DNA of 59,830 nt, filler included, from Squatina squatina (taxonomy: Eukaryota): the NCBI GenBank assembly GCA_031763465.1. It is 3 parts of 2 records of this genome, joined end to end, with 100 filler letters (N's around TTAATTAATTAA, not from the genome) between each part and the next. Parts side by side here need not be neighbours in the genome. Positions count along the whole stretch, not along the records: positions 1 to 17,053 come from JARFOE010000192.1; positions 17,154 to 38,937 come from JARFOE010000016.1; 1 more part is not named here. One strand, written 5' to 3'. The position numbers were made by a program, and so were the translations under genes. Shown piece after piece: positions 13,681 through 25,563 of the stretch. Under the pieces are notes generated by a model that did no database searches, was not told the origin of the DNA, and was given only the letters and a program-made list of their open reading frames with translations. Position 1 is the stretch's first letter. Each line of letters begins with the position of its first letter.

Positions 13681-14171
13681 NNNNNNNNNNNNNNNNNNNN
13701 NNNNNNNNNNNNNNNNNNNNNNNNNNNNNNNNNNNNNNNNNNNNNNNNNNNNNNNNNNNNNNNNNNNNNNNNNNNNNNNNGAAATGAAACAGGCTTGTGC
13801 CTGGCACAAAATGGATAGAGGACATTTACCAGTCACTTTAAAAAAAAAATGCATCCATAAACTGCAGAAAATGTTAATATAGCTTTTTTTTTAAGCAACT
13901 CAAACTTTGCGAATATATATTACGTTGAAATAATTACTAGAAACTGACCATTAGATGTCTTTCTAATGAATCCATACCATATCTTAAATTAGATGAGTTC
14001 GGATTAGCTTGGTTTGGAATTACTTTACAAATTCATAATAGCAGCCCTCATGACATTTGAATTTTTTAAATGGTTTCATATATTGATTATATTTGTCGAA
14101 TTAAGAAAATCAGTAATATAGCTTTAAATCTGAGAACTTATCAGTTATAAATGGAGAAGAAGAGATACTAC

Positions 14172-14347
14172 CTTAACCAAATTTGAAATACACTCAATGG
14201 AATTCTTTTGAACATCAGGATCAGGGCTTGAAAGAAGACAAATGAGTGGTTCAATCGCACCTTTCTCATAAATTTCCACTTTACTGGTGAAATCGATAGA
14301 CATGGAAGCTAGGCACAGCGTAGCAAGTTCATGGACAACAATATCTT
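14172..14347 (-). CDS. ARMC3: ARMC3 internal exon
   Basis: gctacag|AA...AAG|gtagta; translates DIVVHELATLCLASMSIDFTSKVEIYEKGAIEPLICLLSSPDPDVQKNSIECISNLVK, compared with recalled human VIHEFASLCLANMS..LLSSPDPDVKKNSMECIYNLV. Confidence 0.92.
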
Positions 14348-14776
14348 CTGTAGCAAAGGCAAAAGAAACAATAACAAATCTCATTCCCTCTTCCTCTGTC
14401 TGTCACAGTTCAAAGTGTCACACTTTGTTATGGATGCAAAAACATCTTAAACAATGAAAATCTGAAAAAAATAGCATCTTATTCATGATGAGTTCTGACC
14501 TGAAGCCAGAAATTTAACAGCAGCTAAAACTGCCCTCTGATTGACCTTAAGAGTTTAAAAGAGATACAGTTACCTGGATTTTCTTTTTAGACTACTTTTT
14601 CCACAGAGCAGTAACTTTACAGCAAGGCCAAATCTAACAGCTAAACATCACAACTATGATTCAGACCCCAAGCTACCCATGAGCAATGCCACAAGTGCAT
14701 ATTTCATTTTCTTCATTACAGTTTAAATGATTTCTAGCACTGAAGATGGGATATGTCAGTGCTGAAGAGAGATACA

Positions 14777-15433
14777 GGGGTAAAGATTTGCACGCGTCAA
14801 CACCGGCAACTCGAGTTAATGCCCACTGAAAATGGCCGCAGCGCTACCACTGAAAAATTGGCTCTGGAGGTTGGCGATGTGGAATGCAGCACTAACTTAC
14901 CATGCAACGCCTTCCTGGTGGCATTAATGGAGTCCTCCAACCCGAAGTTCCTGCCCACAGTCGGCGTGGGAGCAAGGATGTGGAGTTCACAAGGCATTGT
15001 GGGCAATTAAATGGGCTATGAATTAAAGGGGCAATACATTCAAAACTAAAAAAAATAAAATCAATTGGAAAAAATGCATTTTTTAGCCTTTGCTGCCTTT
15101 CAAAAAAAACATAGACATTAAAAATAATTCCCAAGTGATAGTATTCAGCTCTTAATGCTGAATTGACTTTCCACATCTAAAATAATGCTAAAAGTGCTTC
15201 AGCACTAACACAAATGGCTCAGCGAGGTGCAAAAAAGGAGCACCCAGGGTCTCGCATGCAGCACTCCAGCTTTGTGCAGGGGGGTCAACACTGCAAGTGA
15301 GGTTATCTACCCACAGAGGCCTTCCAAAAAGAACAATGTGGGACCACATCACCCAGGCCGTCACTGCCAGCAGTGTCGCCCCGACCATTTCGTGGCACTA
15401 CAGAGTAGCGGTAAGTAGATGAATTTCTAGCCC
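14777..15433. mobile_element. Non-autonomous DNA transposon (MITE) with imperfect inverted termini
   Basis: Left end GGGGTAAAGATTT versus reverse complement of the right end GGGCTAGAAATTC. Subterminal inverted similarity (gcccactgaaaatggccg / cgaccatttcgtggcac). ACA flanks both ends, a possible 3-bp TSD. GC-rich arms surround an AT-rich centre. Confidence 0.55.
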
Positions 15434-15649
15434 ACAGTTTCCACACTTAGTAATGGGACACAAGAAGAGAGAAGCACAAGAGGCTGGAGTCTGAGGAACA
15501 GAGAGTGTGGAGGAGGTTACAAAATAAGGAGGAGAGGCCATGGAAGTATNNNNNNNNNNNNNNNNNNNNNNNNNNNNNNNNNNNNNNNNNNNNNNNNNNN
15601 NNNNNNNNNNNNNNNNNNNNNNNNNNNNNNNNNNNNNNNNNNNNNNNNN

Positions 15650-16142
15650 CTAGATGTACGCGGGATCAAATCATCTCGTGCAACGTTGCCATTGGTCTCG
15701 CGTCTCCGGGCGCCGTTCTGTTTCGAACGTTGCAAAATGGGAGTCCCATTCTGTTTGGTTACTGCCGCTATCAATCATACGCTATTGTTCCCCGCCTGCT
15801 CTCTCTCTCCGTTTCCATGCTGCGTTGTAGCGTGCAATGCGTGTGTGCTGATTGTAGATGTAGAGCCTCGCCTCCTTACAGTTCTCACACACATTCATCA
15901 AGGTCCGGAAGCGGCAGGGCATTGGAGAATATAGTAACCAGCCTGTGCTGCTACTATTACCACCACCACCCAAAAACAAATTCTGATCAAAACCGTTTTA
16001 ACTTCTTGTTTTCAATGAGTGGATAAAGAAGACGGAATAAGTTTTTATTATAAACATTTCCATTTTAAAAATTGCAGCAAAAAAAATTGGTGAATAAAAC
16101 GCAGTGAATTGAAGCAAAAGGAAAACGCGAGACGGGGGAAAG
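15650..16142 (+). promoter_or_regulatory. CpG-rich promoter/5'UTR of PIP4K2A
   Basis: High CpG density and a reverse CCAAT (attgg, ~15691) directly upstream of the PIP4K2A ATG. Confidence 0.5.
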
Positions 16143-16274
16143 ATGGCAGCGAACAGTACGACATTCGCCAGCAAAACGAAAACCAAGAAGAAACATTTTG
16201 TGGCTCAGAAAGTGAAGCTGTTCCGAGCTAGCGACCCATTGCTCAGCGTCTTTATGTGGGGAGTCAATCACTCG
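16143..16274 (+). CDS. PIP4K2A: PIP4K2A exon 1 (phosphatidylinositol-5-phosphate 4-kinase type 2 alpha)
   Basis: [44 protein letters not shown]|gtaagt matches the PIP4K2A N-terminus. Divergent from ARMC3, as in human. Confidence 0.95.
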
Positions 16275-17053
16275 GTAAGTCTGTTTTAAAAACGTAGTGA
16301 AATGCGTTAACTGCCGCGGAGAACTTGTGCAGGAAATCACATCAGCCGGATTTTCTTGGACAGGTTACTATTTTTCTGCGTGTAGATTTTACTTCGTGTA
16401 ATGCACCAAAGCTCAGCGACTTAGATTTTTTTGAAGCTCTTTTCAAATAGGTTGCTGGGCATATGCCTGAGCAATGTTACAGCGTTAGCAAATGTGACAC
16501 TTGAGGATAAATATCAGTGCCATGCACCATTCTGTTTTAGGCGATTCTGCGGAATGACAGCTCCTCTTTTTATAAAGGATTCAATTGATAAATAAAAGCA
16601 ACGTTTGTCTTTTGGTAAACGTGCTTCGTATTATGCGTCTGTGATGTGAGCGGAGGTATTTGGCCCAGGGCCTGCACTCTGTTCACGTGATTCCTAGCAG
16701 TTTTTAAGACCAAAAGCGACGGCCTGGAAACCCCTCAGTGTCAACCTGGTGTCTGGTTGTGACGTAAGTGAATGATGGCTCGGTTGTCCAATTGGAAGAT
16801 GGACCTTGAGCTCTGTGTGATTCCTAAAAGGAAAGCCCAATGCGAAGGGGGCGGGGCCGAGAACTGCAGTTTTTTTAAATGTGCAGTAGCTTGGGGAATG
16901 ACAGCTATGTTGAATCCTGTTTGCCTGTATTGGCCAACTCAGGGTAACCCCGAAATTATGTCCGATTCATTTTGTTTTTAACCTGAGTATGACTATCTAA
17001 GCAAATGCGCCGACTGCTGTGCCTCTCGTCTGTCGCATCGTCGTCATGTCTCA

Positions 17054-17153
17054 NNNNNNNNNNNNNNNNNNNNNNNNNNNNNNNNNNNNNNNNNNNNTTA
17101 ATTAATTAANNNNNNNNNNNNNNNNNNNNNNNNNNNNNNNNNNNNNNNNNNNN
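17054..17153. other. Artificial scaffold linker N44-TTAATTAATTAA-N44
   Basis: A 12-mer with stops in all six frames (17098-17109) flanked by 44 N on each side. The synteny block changes across it. Confidence 0.95.
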
Positions 17154-17330
17154 CTACTAGCAGCTGCTGGTAAATCTGCCTCCTTCACCCTCTCTACCAG
17201 CAGCTGCTGGTAAATCTTCCTCCTTCACTACCAGCAGCTGAGAGGAAACCTGCTCACTTCACTCACTACCAGCAGCTGCTGGTAAATCTGCCCCCTTTAC
17301 TCGCTCTACCAACAGCTGCCAGTGGTGCCA
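17154..17330. repeat. Degenerate minisatellite (~33-39 bp unit ctaccagcagctgctggtaaatctgcctccttcac)
   Basis: About five imperfect tandem copies visible. Confidence 0.8.
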
Positions 17331-17475
17331 GACACTGAATCTACTTGGGAATAACTGCTGAGCAGAGAGCCTGGAACAGTTTTCCAGCTCCATCATCCTA
17401 TACTTCAGTAAAACTGTACACAAAAAACTGAAAATCCAAACACTTAAAAGGATGCGTTTTGTACTTGTACATTAC

Positions 17476-17651
17476 CTTTAGCAGCGTCAGTTTAATGTCC
17501 TTGTGTGCGCTGTAGACAAGTTGTGGGGGTTTGCTGATCTGGGTGGGTTTTGGGGTGGAGGAAGAAGATTTCTGTGGTTGTGGTGGAACCTCACGTTTCC
17601 GCCTCTCCTCGCGCTCCTTGTCCCTTGGTGTCTCCTCTCGCTTGGGTTTTA
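17476..17651 (-). CDS. ZC3H18: ZC3H18 exon (C-terminal region)
   Basis: ttttcag|TA...AAG|gtaatg; KPKREETPRDKEREERRKREVPPQPQK..VYSAHKDIKLTLLK, compared with recalled human ..FVAHKEIKLTLLNK. Confidence 0.85.
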
Positions 17652-18157
17652 CTGAAAATGGATTGAAATGGTTTAGTGTTGCTCCCTCAGTGATTCAACT
17701 AGAGGGGATGTGAGCGAGGTCGGAAAGAAAACATGAAACATTAGATTTTACACAACAGGTTTGGGATCATCCTTGCTCGAATTGATGCATGTTGAACTGG
17801 CCAGGAATGCTACACGGAGTGTGCAAATTAGCTGACAGGTTTGCATTCAAAACAACAGAAAAAAGCAATTAATTGGCTGCAAAGTACTTTGAACACAAGA
17901 TCATGGCTGATCTTTCACCTCAACTCCACTTTCTCCGCCCGATCCCTATATCCCTTGATTCCCTTAATGTCCAAAAATCTATCCATCAAGGCTTAAACAT
18001 ACTCAACNNNNNNNNNNNNNNNNNNNNNNNNNNNNNNNNNNNNNNNNNNNNNNNNNNNNNNNNNNNNNNNNNNNNNNNNNNNNNNNNNNNNNNNNNNNNN
18101 NNNNNNNGATTCGAGTGTTTTGAACACTGTTAGAATAGGACTCACACCAATTCCCAC

Positions 18158-18295
18158 CTTGATCTGCTGCCAGAATAGGAGCTGTGTCTGGAGGAATGGC
18201 TGGAATAGGAGCTGTAAGAGGAAGATCTCGAGTGCGACCTTGACCGTGACCTGGATGAGCCAGATCCTGAATAGGAAGAAGAACGAGACGAAGAC
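18158..18295 (-). CDS. ZC3H18: ZC3H18 exon (RS/serine-rich region)
   Basis: ttcag|G...AG|gtggga; SSSRSSSYSGSGSSRSRSRSHSRSSSYSSYSSHSSRHSSYSGSRS(R), matching ZC3H18. Confidence 0.9.
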
Positions 18296-19079
18296 CTGAA
18301 AATTTTTTTTAAAAGAGAGAGCAATGTTAACTTCAAAACATCAAAGTTTAGTGCAGTACAGTGTCACAGAGAGCAAGCTGACCCCATAGCTTCTCAGACC
18401 TGTGCTGTGATTCATGTGTCTGTTTAAGATGACCAACATGGCACGTCTAATCATTTCACAGCAAAAAGTAAAGCAAGCTCTCCTTCCATATCATGGCTCA
18501 GCCACATACTGCACGTTGCATTTAACCACCGAGCTACTGAAGGTCCCAAGAGCTTCTTATTTGATCAACAAGTTATCAGTTGGATCTTAGGGTGAGCACA
18601 AAGTACAAAAGGCAGAGATGTTTTCAGGAACTGGTTAAGTAACTGCAATTGCTTGTGGGAGGAGAACAAGGTTAGTTGAGAACTGGGAGCAAGAAGAAAG
18701 ATGTTCTGAAGGTTTTTAAACAGTGGGAGATGCAAGAGAAGGTGAGAGCAAGTATTTTGGAAAGGAGGAGAGGACACAGCATTGTCCAGGAACAAGTGGT
18801 GAAGCAATACAGAGCTTTGGGCAAACAAAAAGGGAAGTGAGCTGGGCCTCAGTAAATAAATCAGTCACTGAAGTTTAATGAGGCACCATCATTTGCTTTT
18901 TTTTTGGACATTAAGCCACATAACTNNNNNNNNNNNNNNNNNNNNNNNNNNNNNNNNNNNNNNNNNNNNNNNNNNNNNNNNNNNNNNNNNNNNNNNNNNN
19001 NNNNNNNNNNNNNNNNNNNNNNNNNCCCCTGAGGTGGGTAATATTTCATGAAGTGCACTGTATTTCTCAAGGTGCTTAC

Positions 19080-19191
19080 CCTGTAATGATAGTCTGCCTC
19101 TGTCCACTGGACTCTGAAGTTTTCGTATTGTCCACCACGCCAGTACCGCTCAACTTCTTGCTCGTAGTAAGGAGTTATATAGGGGTCAGGC
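19080..19191 (-). CDS. ZC3H18: ZC3H18 internal exon
   Basis: cccttag|G...AGG|gtaagc; PDPYITPYYEQEVERYWRGGQYENFRVQWTEADYHYR, compared with recalled human DPYYDYEIERFWRGGQYENFRVQYTE. Confidence 0.92.
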
Positions 19192-20142
19192 CTAAGGGCC
19201 AAGAAAGAAAAACATTTCTTAAGCCTGCATACTCCAGTTTCCATTCTACCTTGCATAGTACAGGAGTGTTTACAACACACCAACATCAGAAAGACACACA
19301 GCAAAGAAGTTATCCCCATTTTCTCTTGAAGGTGACTTTGGTTGCTCTATAATTACATGTGGCTAGCCCTCCACTATCATCCAAGTGGTGACTCTTTGCG
19401 CACATCACTAACTAATGAACGCCAGCAGTCAGTTCCTCCATGCTGGGCACTAACATCCTCACCCTACAACTGCACACAAATACTTTCCCACTGGGTGGGG
19501 TGTGGCCATTGGACAATGATCAGGAATGGGAATCTTGGCTGATGATGTTGGGTCACTGCGACCACTCCGACCATCACCTCCACTCAGTACAAACTAAGGG
19601 CAATTCTGGTTTGTATGTCTCAGGTNNNNNNNNNNNNNNNNNNNNNNNNNNNNNNNNNNNNNNNNNNNNNNNNNNNNNNNNNNNNNNNNNNNNNNNNNNN
19701 NNNNNNNNNNNNNNNNNNNNNNNNNGAGGGTCTTCGGTACTGGGGAAGAGGAAATGGGGGGGGGGGGGTGGAGGGAAAGAATGGCAAAGGATGTAGTTAG
19801 AGGTTAGCTCAGTGGGGAGCCGCCAGCCCAGGAGCCGCCATCTTGGATAGAGCACTTGGCGAGACAGTAATGAGACAGCACAAATTTAAGATAATCACAA
19901 AAACATTTTAAAGGAAAGGCGAGAAAAAGAATCTCTTTTCAGGTGGAATGTGCAATTCTCAGTCATAAACCACTGTTAATAGTAGAATCCAGAAATACTT
20001 TCAAAATGGAATTCAATAGTTACTTGAGAAAGCGAAGTACTAAAGGGTAGAGGGAGTGAGATTCGGCAAGATGGCTCAAGTGGAGTAAAATACCTGCAGA
20101 GTCTTGATGGGCCGAATGTTAGAGCAGGTTATGCTCACTTAC

Positions 20143-20291
20143 CCAAGGGTTGGCCTGCATCAGTGGGTGGGGTCCCAGGTGATGTCCTCCATTAGGTGAG
20201 AAAGGATCTGGTTTGGCTATCAGTGAGTAGTTTCCTTTGTCATTTATTCCCGGATGAATAAACCGACAATTATTTCCCCAAGTGCAGTTAC
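20143..20291 (-). CDS. ZC3H18: ZC3H18 exon containing the C-terminal half of the CCCH zinc finger
   Basis: ttttgtag|GT...TGG|gtaagt; (G)NCTWGNNCRFIHPGINDKGNYSLIAKPDPFSPNGGHHLGPHPLMQANPW. Confidence 0.95.
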
Positions 20292-20424
20292 CTACAAAAA
20301 AGCAATTTTTAACATTCAAAGGGCAAAACAATCAGAATGTAGCAGTTATGTTTTAACACAAAGTAACAGTGAAGGATTAACTGAATCTTCATTTACCAAT
20401 TCATCCTCACTCTACCAAGCAAGG

Positions 20425-20585
20425 CTTAAATGTCAGCTTAACTGAGTGAGCCGAGAGTGCCAGTAAGTCAGAAGGTTGCGGGTTCAAGCTCCATGCCAGA
20501 TTTGAACATATAATCTTGGTTAACACTGCTGTGTGTCACTGAACAAGTGCTGATATCGGGGCATCCTCTTTCAGATGAGACGTCT
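20425..20585 (+). mobile_element. tRNA-derived Deu-domain SINE (SacSINE1/AmnSINE-like), 5' part
   Basis: gtcagaaggttgcgggttcaag (B-box-like) ... tctttcagatgagacg resembles the recalled DeuSINE consensus. Confidence 0.65.
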
Positions 20586-20731
20586 CGTCAGACCCTCGCC
20601 ATGTGTCTCCCTTTCACTGCTTCACCCTCGGNNNNNNNNNNNNNNNNNNNNNNNNNNNNNNNNNNNNNNNNNNNNNNNNNNNNNNNNNNNNNNNNNNNNN
20701 NNNNNNNNNNNNNNNNNNNNNNNNNNNNNNN

Positions 20732-20878
20732 TCCCTCCCTAACAGCACTGTGGGAGTTCCATCACCACACGGACTGCAGCGGTTCAAGAAGGCGGCTCAC
20801 CACCACCTTCTCAAGGACAACTCGGGATGGGCAATAAATGCCGGCCTCGCCTGTGACGCCCACATCCCGTGAATGAAT
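20732..20878 (+). mobile_element. Non-LTR retrotransposon 3' end (common shark LINE)
   Basis: ORF terminus SLPNSTVGVPSPHGLQRFKKAAHHHLLK plus 3'UTR ending tgaatgaat. A second copy lies antisense at 30360-30525. Confidence 0.75.
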
Positions 20879-21879
20879 TGGTGGGACAATATATTGCAAT
20901 GAGGAACGGGACCCTGGCCAAGGGCTGTCCGTGTAGTTTTGGGGGCAGACGCGGAGCATGTCCTTGGGATTCGGCAAGCTCCTTCAGTTACCCCCTTCAC
21001 CCAGCTGGGGCTGCTCGAGCAGAACATGGCTCCCAGCAGGGCTCACCCTGCAAAGAGCAGCGAACGAGGGCGAAACCGTTCACTGCACTGCCCCGCCCCG
21101 GGGTCAACCCATTGCGCGGTTTCAATACGAGACCTGCTAGTCATTGCACGGTCTGTGCTTCGGAAGCTTGTAAAGCACTTTGGTGCTCGAATGTGAAAGG
21201 ACACTCAGATGAAAGTGCCTTTTTACTATAAAAAAAAGTGTTCTCGCCACCAGTGCGACCTATTCACTTCTCCGTCGCTCTTTCTCCCACTCACCCCATC
21301 CAACGCTCCCCTCTTGACACCCCACCCCTCACCATTAAACAGGAGGGGAGGGCTGTTCTTAGCCTCATCAGTGACTGTTTGAAGGGTCAATGTTGCATGT
21401 GTTTGGGGAAGGGGAGGCATTTCTGCAATGCTGCTCGGAGTGCTTTAGAGACAGAATCAGGGAGCACAGGAGGAGGCCATTCAGCCCGTCAGGCCTGGGC
21501 CAGCACTGATGAGGGGTTGGGTTTATTTTGCTGGTGTGTCTTTACTCTGAAAATGAACCCTGGGTCTCCTGTGTAACAAGAAACGTTCTGTAGCTTACCT
21601 CCTGGAGCCTGGCTGGACAGCTGGAAGACAAAAAGAGGGAATTTAGTGTGTTTTTTTTTTGGAAAACATCCTCCCTTCTTGCTAACTACATGCTCCCCTA
21701 CGGAACGCTCCTTACAGCTGTCGCTGCCTTTAAATTCAGCAAAACTGGCTGAAGCGCAGGTCAGGATCTGTGCTGAACGAGCCTAGAAAATGAGAAACAC
21801 AACCGCCAACATGAAAAAGACAGGATTAGAAAACAGTTTCCAGAAACAGGAAAAAGGGGACTTCAACTGCTAATATTAC

Positions 21880-22110
21880 AACACCTCAAACTCGGTTTCT
21901 CGGCCTCTTCTTCAACCCACCATTGACGGCCGTGCCTTCAGCTGCCTGGGCCCAAAAGCTCTGGAATTCCCTCCCTAAACCTCTCCACCGCTCTCTACTT
22001 AAAAACCTACTTCTGACCAAGCCTTTGGTCATTTGTCTCACTATCTCCTTATGTGGTTCAGTGTCAAAATTTTGATAACATTCCTGAAAGCCGCCGAGCT
22101 AAAAATTTGC
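21880..22110 (+). mobile_element. L2-clade LINE 3' fragment
   Basis: ggccgtgccttcagctgcctgggcccaaaagctctggaattccctccc (GRAFS..P.LWNSLP) and aaaacctac..gaccaagcctttgg. Confidence 0.75.
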
Positions 22111-22161
22111 ATATTATTTGAAAAAAACAATGACCTTGACTCCACATTGCTACTTTTTTAC

Positions 22162-22757
22162 TCTGTGATTTGTTTTTCGCTGTCTTCTGTCACAGCCCCT
22201 GGCTGTTCTTCAGGAACCTCCTCGTCATAGTCCAGCTCATGTTCATCCAGGTCCCTGGTGACAGAGGATGCTTCATCCTTGGAATCATTCGCAGCCTCCT
22301 CCTCAGCTTGGGAATCCTGCTTCTCAGAGACAGCCTTTTCAGTTCGCTCAGCATTGCAAGTTCTTTTTGGACTTGCGACATTGTCTCGGTCAGATTCTGC
22401 ATCCAAGTCCTTAGGTGGCTCCTCATTATCTCTGTCATTTCCACTTTCTTCACTGTAATCTCCTTCCTCCCTCAACTTTTCCTCCTCCTCTTCTTCCACC
22501 TCTGATTCATGGGTTTCCCCATCGTCCCGACTCCCCTCATTGTCAGGCTCACCAATACTGTGAATCTCAGCATCACTACAACGGTCGTTGTCCTCAGAAT
22601 CAATGCATTCTCCGTCATTGTCTGAACGTTTGTCTACATCCTCGTCAATGTTTTCTTGCCCTCCCTCAAGCAATAGGTCATCATCATCATCATCATCATC
22701 TGAGAGCTGGTCCTCTGGAGAACGAGGGTCATGATCAGGACTATCGGAGACATCCAT
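22162..22757 (-). CDS. ZC3H18: ZC3H18 first coding exon (acidic N-terminus)
   Basis: MDVSDSPDHDPRSPEDQ...[24 protein letters not shown], compared with recalled human MDVAESPERDPHSPED...[24 protein letters not shown]. An acceptor lies just upstream of the ATG. The 3' boundary (GA|gtaaaa) is weak and uncertain. Confidence 0.92.
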
Positions 22758-23049
22758 TGGACAACAAGGTTATTCTGTTACAAAGAAAGAGTATGTGAAT
22801 ATATTTCACTCATAGGGTTCGACAGCATTTCCCTATACACGGGAGTACATTATGAATTTCAGCACATAAAACGACACTAAGTATTCAGACCCAATGCTCC
22901 TCCAGTGGTTCAGTGGGCTATAGTCAGTCCCTCAAATTCATTTTCTATGGCATATTACCAAGTAGTCGAAACACATTTATATCCCAAGAAAAGGGTAACA
23001 GCAGCAATTTAAATAAAGAAAACCAGCATAGGTTTGTGAAAGATAGGCT

Positions 23050-23480
23050 GTATTGACGAACCTTACAAAAAAACTTGAGACAATAGCAGAAAGTATAGAC
23101 CTAGAACTGGACTTCCAGAAAGCCTTAGATAAAATGTTGCATAAGAAATTGATTGAGAAAATTAGGGCCCATGACATAAAAGACAAAATGGTGTCATGGA
23201 CAGAGAGATGGCTGAAAAGTAAACAAAGGGTTGTGGTAAGTATATATTTCTCAGACAGCCAACTGGGGACCAGTGAGGTGTCTCAGAGATTGGTGTGGCA
23301 ACAACCTTTGTTCTCTCTCTCATTGGGATATAGACATTAAAGGGTGGATATTTTAGTTCGCTGACGATAGCAACCTGAGAGGTGCAGAAAACTGTCAGAA
23401 AGAATGCAAGAGACTACAGAGGTCATAAACAGGTTAGAAGAATGGGCAGCCAAATGGTACATGCAGCTTAGTATAGGAAA
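23050..23480 (+). mobile_element. CR1 LINE RT fragment (degenerate)
   Basis: LDFQKALDKMLHKKLIEKIRAHDI..SWTERWLKSKQRVVV, followed by a FADD-like remnant. Confidence 0.82.
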
Positions 23481-24524
23481 ATAAGAGATAAGGGGTGCCC
23501 AATTGATATATTTTACGTTTGTGGCTATATGGGACCAATAAGAGTAAACTTTGCGCCCATTTTGCACCATTATTTTAAGACGCATGTTTGGTCTCATAGA
23601 AAAGTTTTGGGGGTTACAATAAAAACTGTTTTGTGTTTGTGGTTCTATGTCTTCACAGAAACAGCCGAGGAGTTTCCAACACATAAGCCTTTATTAACTN
23701 NNNNNNNNNNNNNNNNNNNNNNNNNNNNNNNNNNNNNNNNNNNNNNNNNNNNNNNNNNNNNNNNNNNNNNNNNNNNNNNNNNNNNNNNNNNNNNNNNNNG
23801 GGCTCGTGCTTCGATGGTGTGGGAGCATTGTGGCCGAGGGGCTCCACATTTGCTCGGTGAGTTTCAAAGTGCTGCTCCCCTTTCACGAGTGACTTTGGCA
23901 GTGCAACACAGGTTTGGGACAGGGTGATTTTTTGGGGTTTACTTTGGAGCCGAGGTGCATCCGGTATCTTCTTGGCTGGCTAGCAAGGTAGTACATAGTG
24001 TGCTCCTTCCTGTGTGAGTGTGAGCACGTGTGCCTGAATGCCAGTGTTCAACTGGACGTGCTATCGTGATGAGTGTGGTGTGTATGTCGGAGCATGTAAA
24101 TGTGAATTTCTGGAGTATGCGCTCCGTGTTGTCTCAGAATGTGCGAGAGAGCGTGCGTGAGAGAGATGAGTATTTTTGGAATTTTTAAAGCAGCGCACAA
24201 GTCTTTTCCACATTAAAAGTTACCCTCATTCTAACTGAACACGAGATCTTGCTGAAGTTTAAGTTTCTGTGCTGTGAGTTTACAATCCTCCAAAGGGGCA
24301 TCACAGGCTATGACCCAGAGATACATCTCCGGATAACGTTCAGAACCTGCAACGCTGCAGAAGAGGGAACGTTTGGTAAATGGATCAAAAAAGCAGATGG
24401 ATTTCTTTGTCTCGTCTGGGTCGAGTGAGGTTGCAGAAACTCCGAGGGTTAACAAGTGACGAGAGGTCATTCAGAGGTCGAAGTTCAATGAAGTCTTCAG
24501 GTAGCTGAGAAGTTGCATTGTAGG

Positions 24525-24833
24525 TTAGCGGGCGGCAGTTTCGACGGGGATCGGGGTGGGCGGAGAGACGGAGCGAGAGGCCGTCGTCGATCCGGGGTCT
24601 CCCGGGCTTCCGGCCCCACTGCTGGTGGCAATGGCATCTGGCTGGGCCTGGCCACTGGAGCTGGCGGAGGGGGAGCTGGTGGTAGTGCTGGTCGATTGCA
24701 GGCCCTGGACGTTCTGTCCACAGACATGGTGATGCTTCTCCCAGTCCTTGTGCTGACAGAAGGAGCCGCAGTAACGGGCTGTGTTGCAGCCACTGCAGGT
24801 TTCACTTGCCTTCCGGCCGCAATTCCAGCAGCT
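24525..24833 (-). CDS. CBFA2T3: CBFA2T3 (MTG16/ETO2) last exon, MYND zinc finger
   Basis: Read in a different frame from the ORF track: ttcag|[39 protein letters not shown]...[19 protein letters not shown]. Paralog assigned by linkage to ACSF3 and CDH15. Confidence 0.93.
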   Translation of the reverse strand, partial: SCWNCGRKASETCSGCNTARYCGSFCQHKDWEKHHHVCGQNVQGLQSTSTTTSSPSASSSGQAQPDAIATSSGAGSPGDPGSTTASRSVSPPTPIPVETAAR

Positions 24834-24929
24834 CTGAAAGACACAAACTTCAAACGTCAGACACCGAACACCAGGTCTGTTCCAACAACATCATTGTAAC
24901 TATTGGTGAAGTAGGTGAGTGCTAAGGAA

Positions 24930-25027
24930 TAGAACACTGTGTCCCATCATACACTCCCAGGGCAGGTACAGCATGGGTTAGATACAGAGTAAAGCTCCTT
25001 CTGCACTGTCCCATCAAACACTCCCAG
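24930..25027 (-). repeat. Dispersed shark repeat unit (gggagtgtttgatgggacagtg..agctttactctgtatctaaccc)
   Basis: The same ~65-bp unit recurs in tandem on the + strand at 30172-30288. Confidence 0.7.
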
Positions 25028-25563
25028 NNNNNNNNNNNNNNNNNNNNNNNNNNNNNNNNNNNNNNNNNNNNNNNNNNNNNNNNNNNNNNNNNNNNNNNNN
25101 NNNNNNNNNNNNNNNNNNNNNNNNNNNACAGTGCTCTGGAAGACGCGTGCAACCGGTTCACCGGCTTTTAAATGCAAAAACATGGATTTTTGAAGGGGCC
25201 GCGTAACCCAAAAAAAAATGACAGGGAACGTTGGGCTGAATGACCTCCTCCTGTTCCTGTGATCTTGCTGAATGTTTGATCGCGTATCATCAGAAATCAA
25301 GTTTCCAATTACTTAAATTGCCAGGTGCCTGCATGTCTGTGATTGGACCAACTCAACAAAGGGCATCGCACAGCCAGCACCCCTGGTTGAGAGGACTATG
25401 GGCCCATATACCACACAGGTATTAGAGACACATGGCGTGACAGCGTCACACTGTTGGACACTCTGCAAGCACTGGCTTTCAGCTCTGCTTTGGGAGGTGA
25501 CTGAATGGAAGGTGCAGGTCGCCTGAGGGTGGTCGAGGTCTCAATAGGTGATGCCACACCCAC

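Noticed and set aside
17098-17109. TTAATTAATTAA as a piggyBac TSD or homeodomain site
   Set aside because: Symmetrically embedded in 44+44 N and repeated identically at 38982, so it is an assembly linker.
24497-24899. Pro/Ala- and Gly-rich ORFs in the ORF track
   Set aside because: They are off-frame and antisense shadows of the CBFA2T3 MYND exon.
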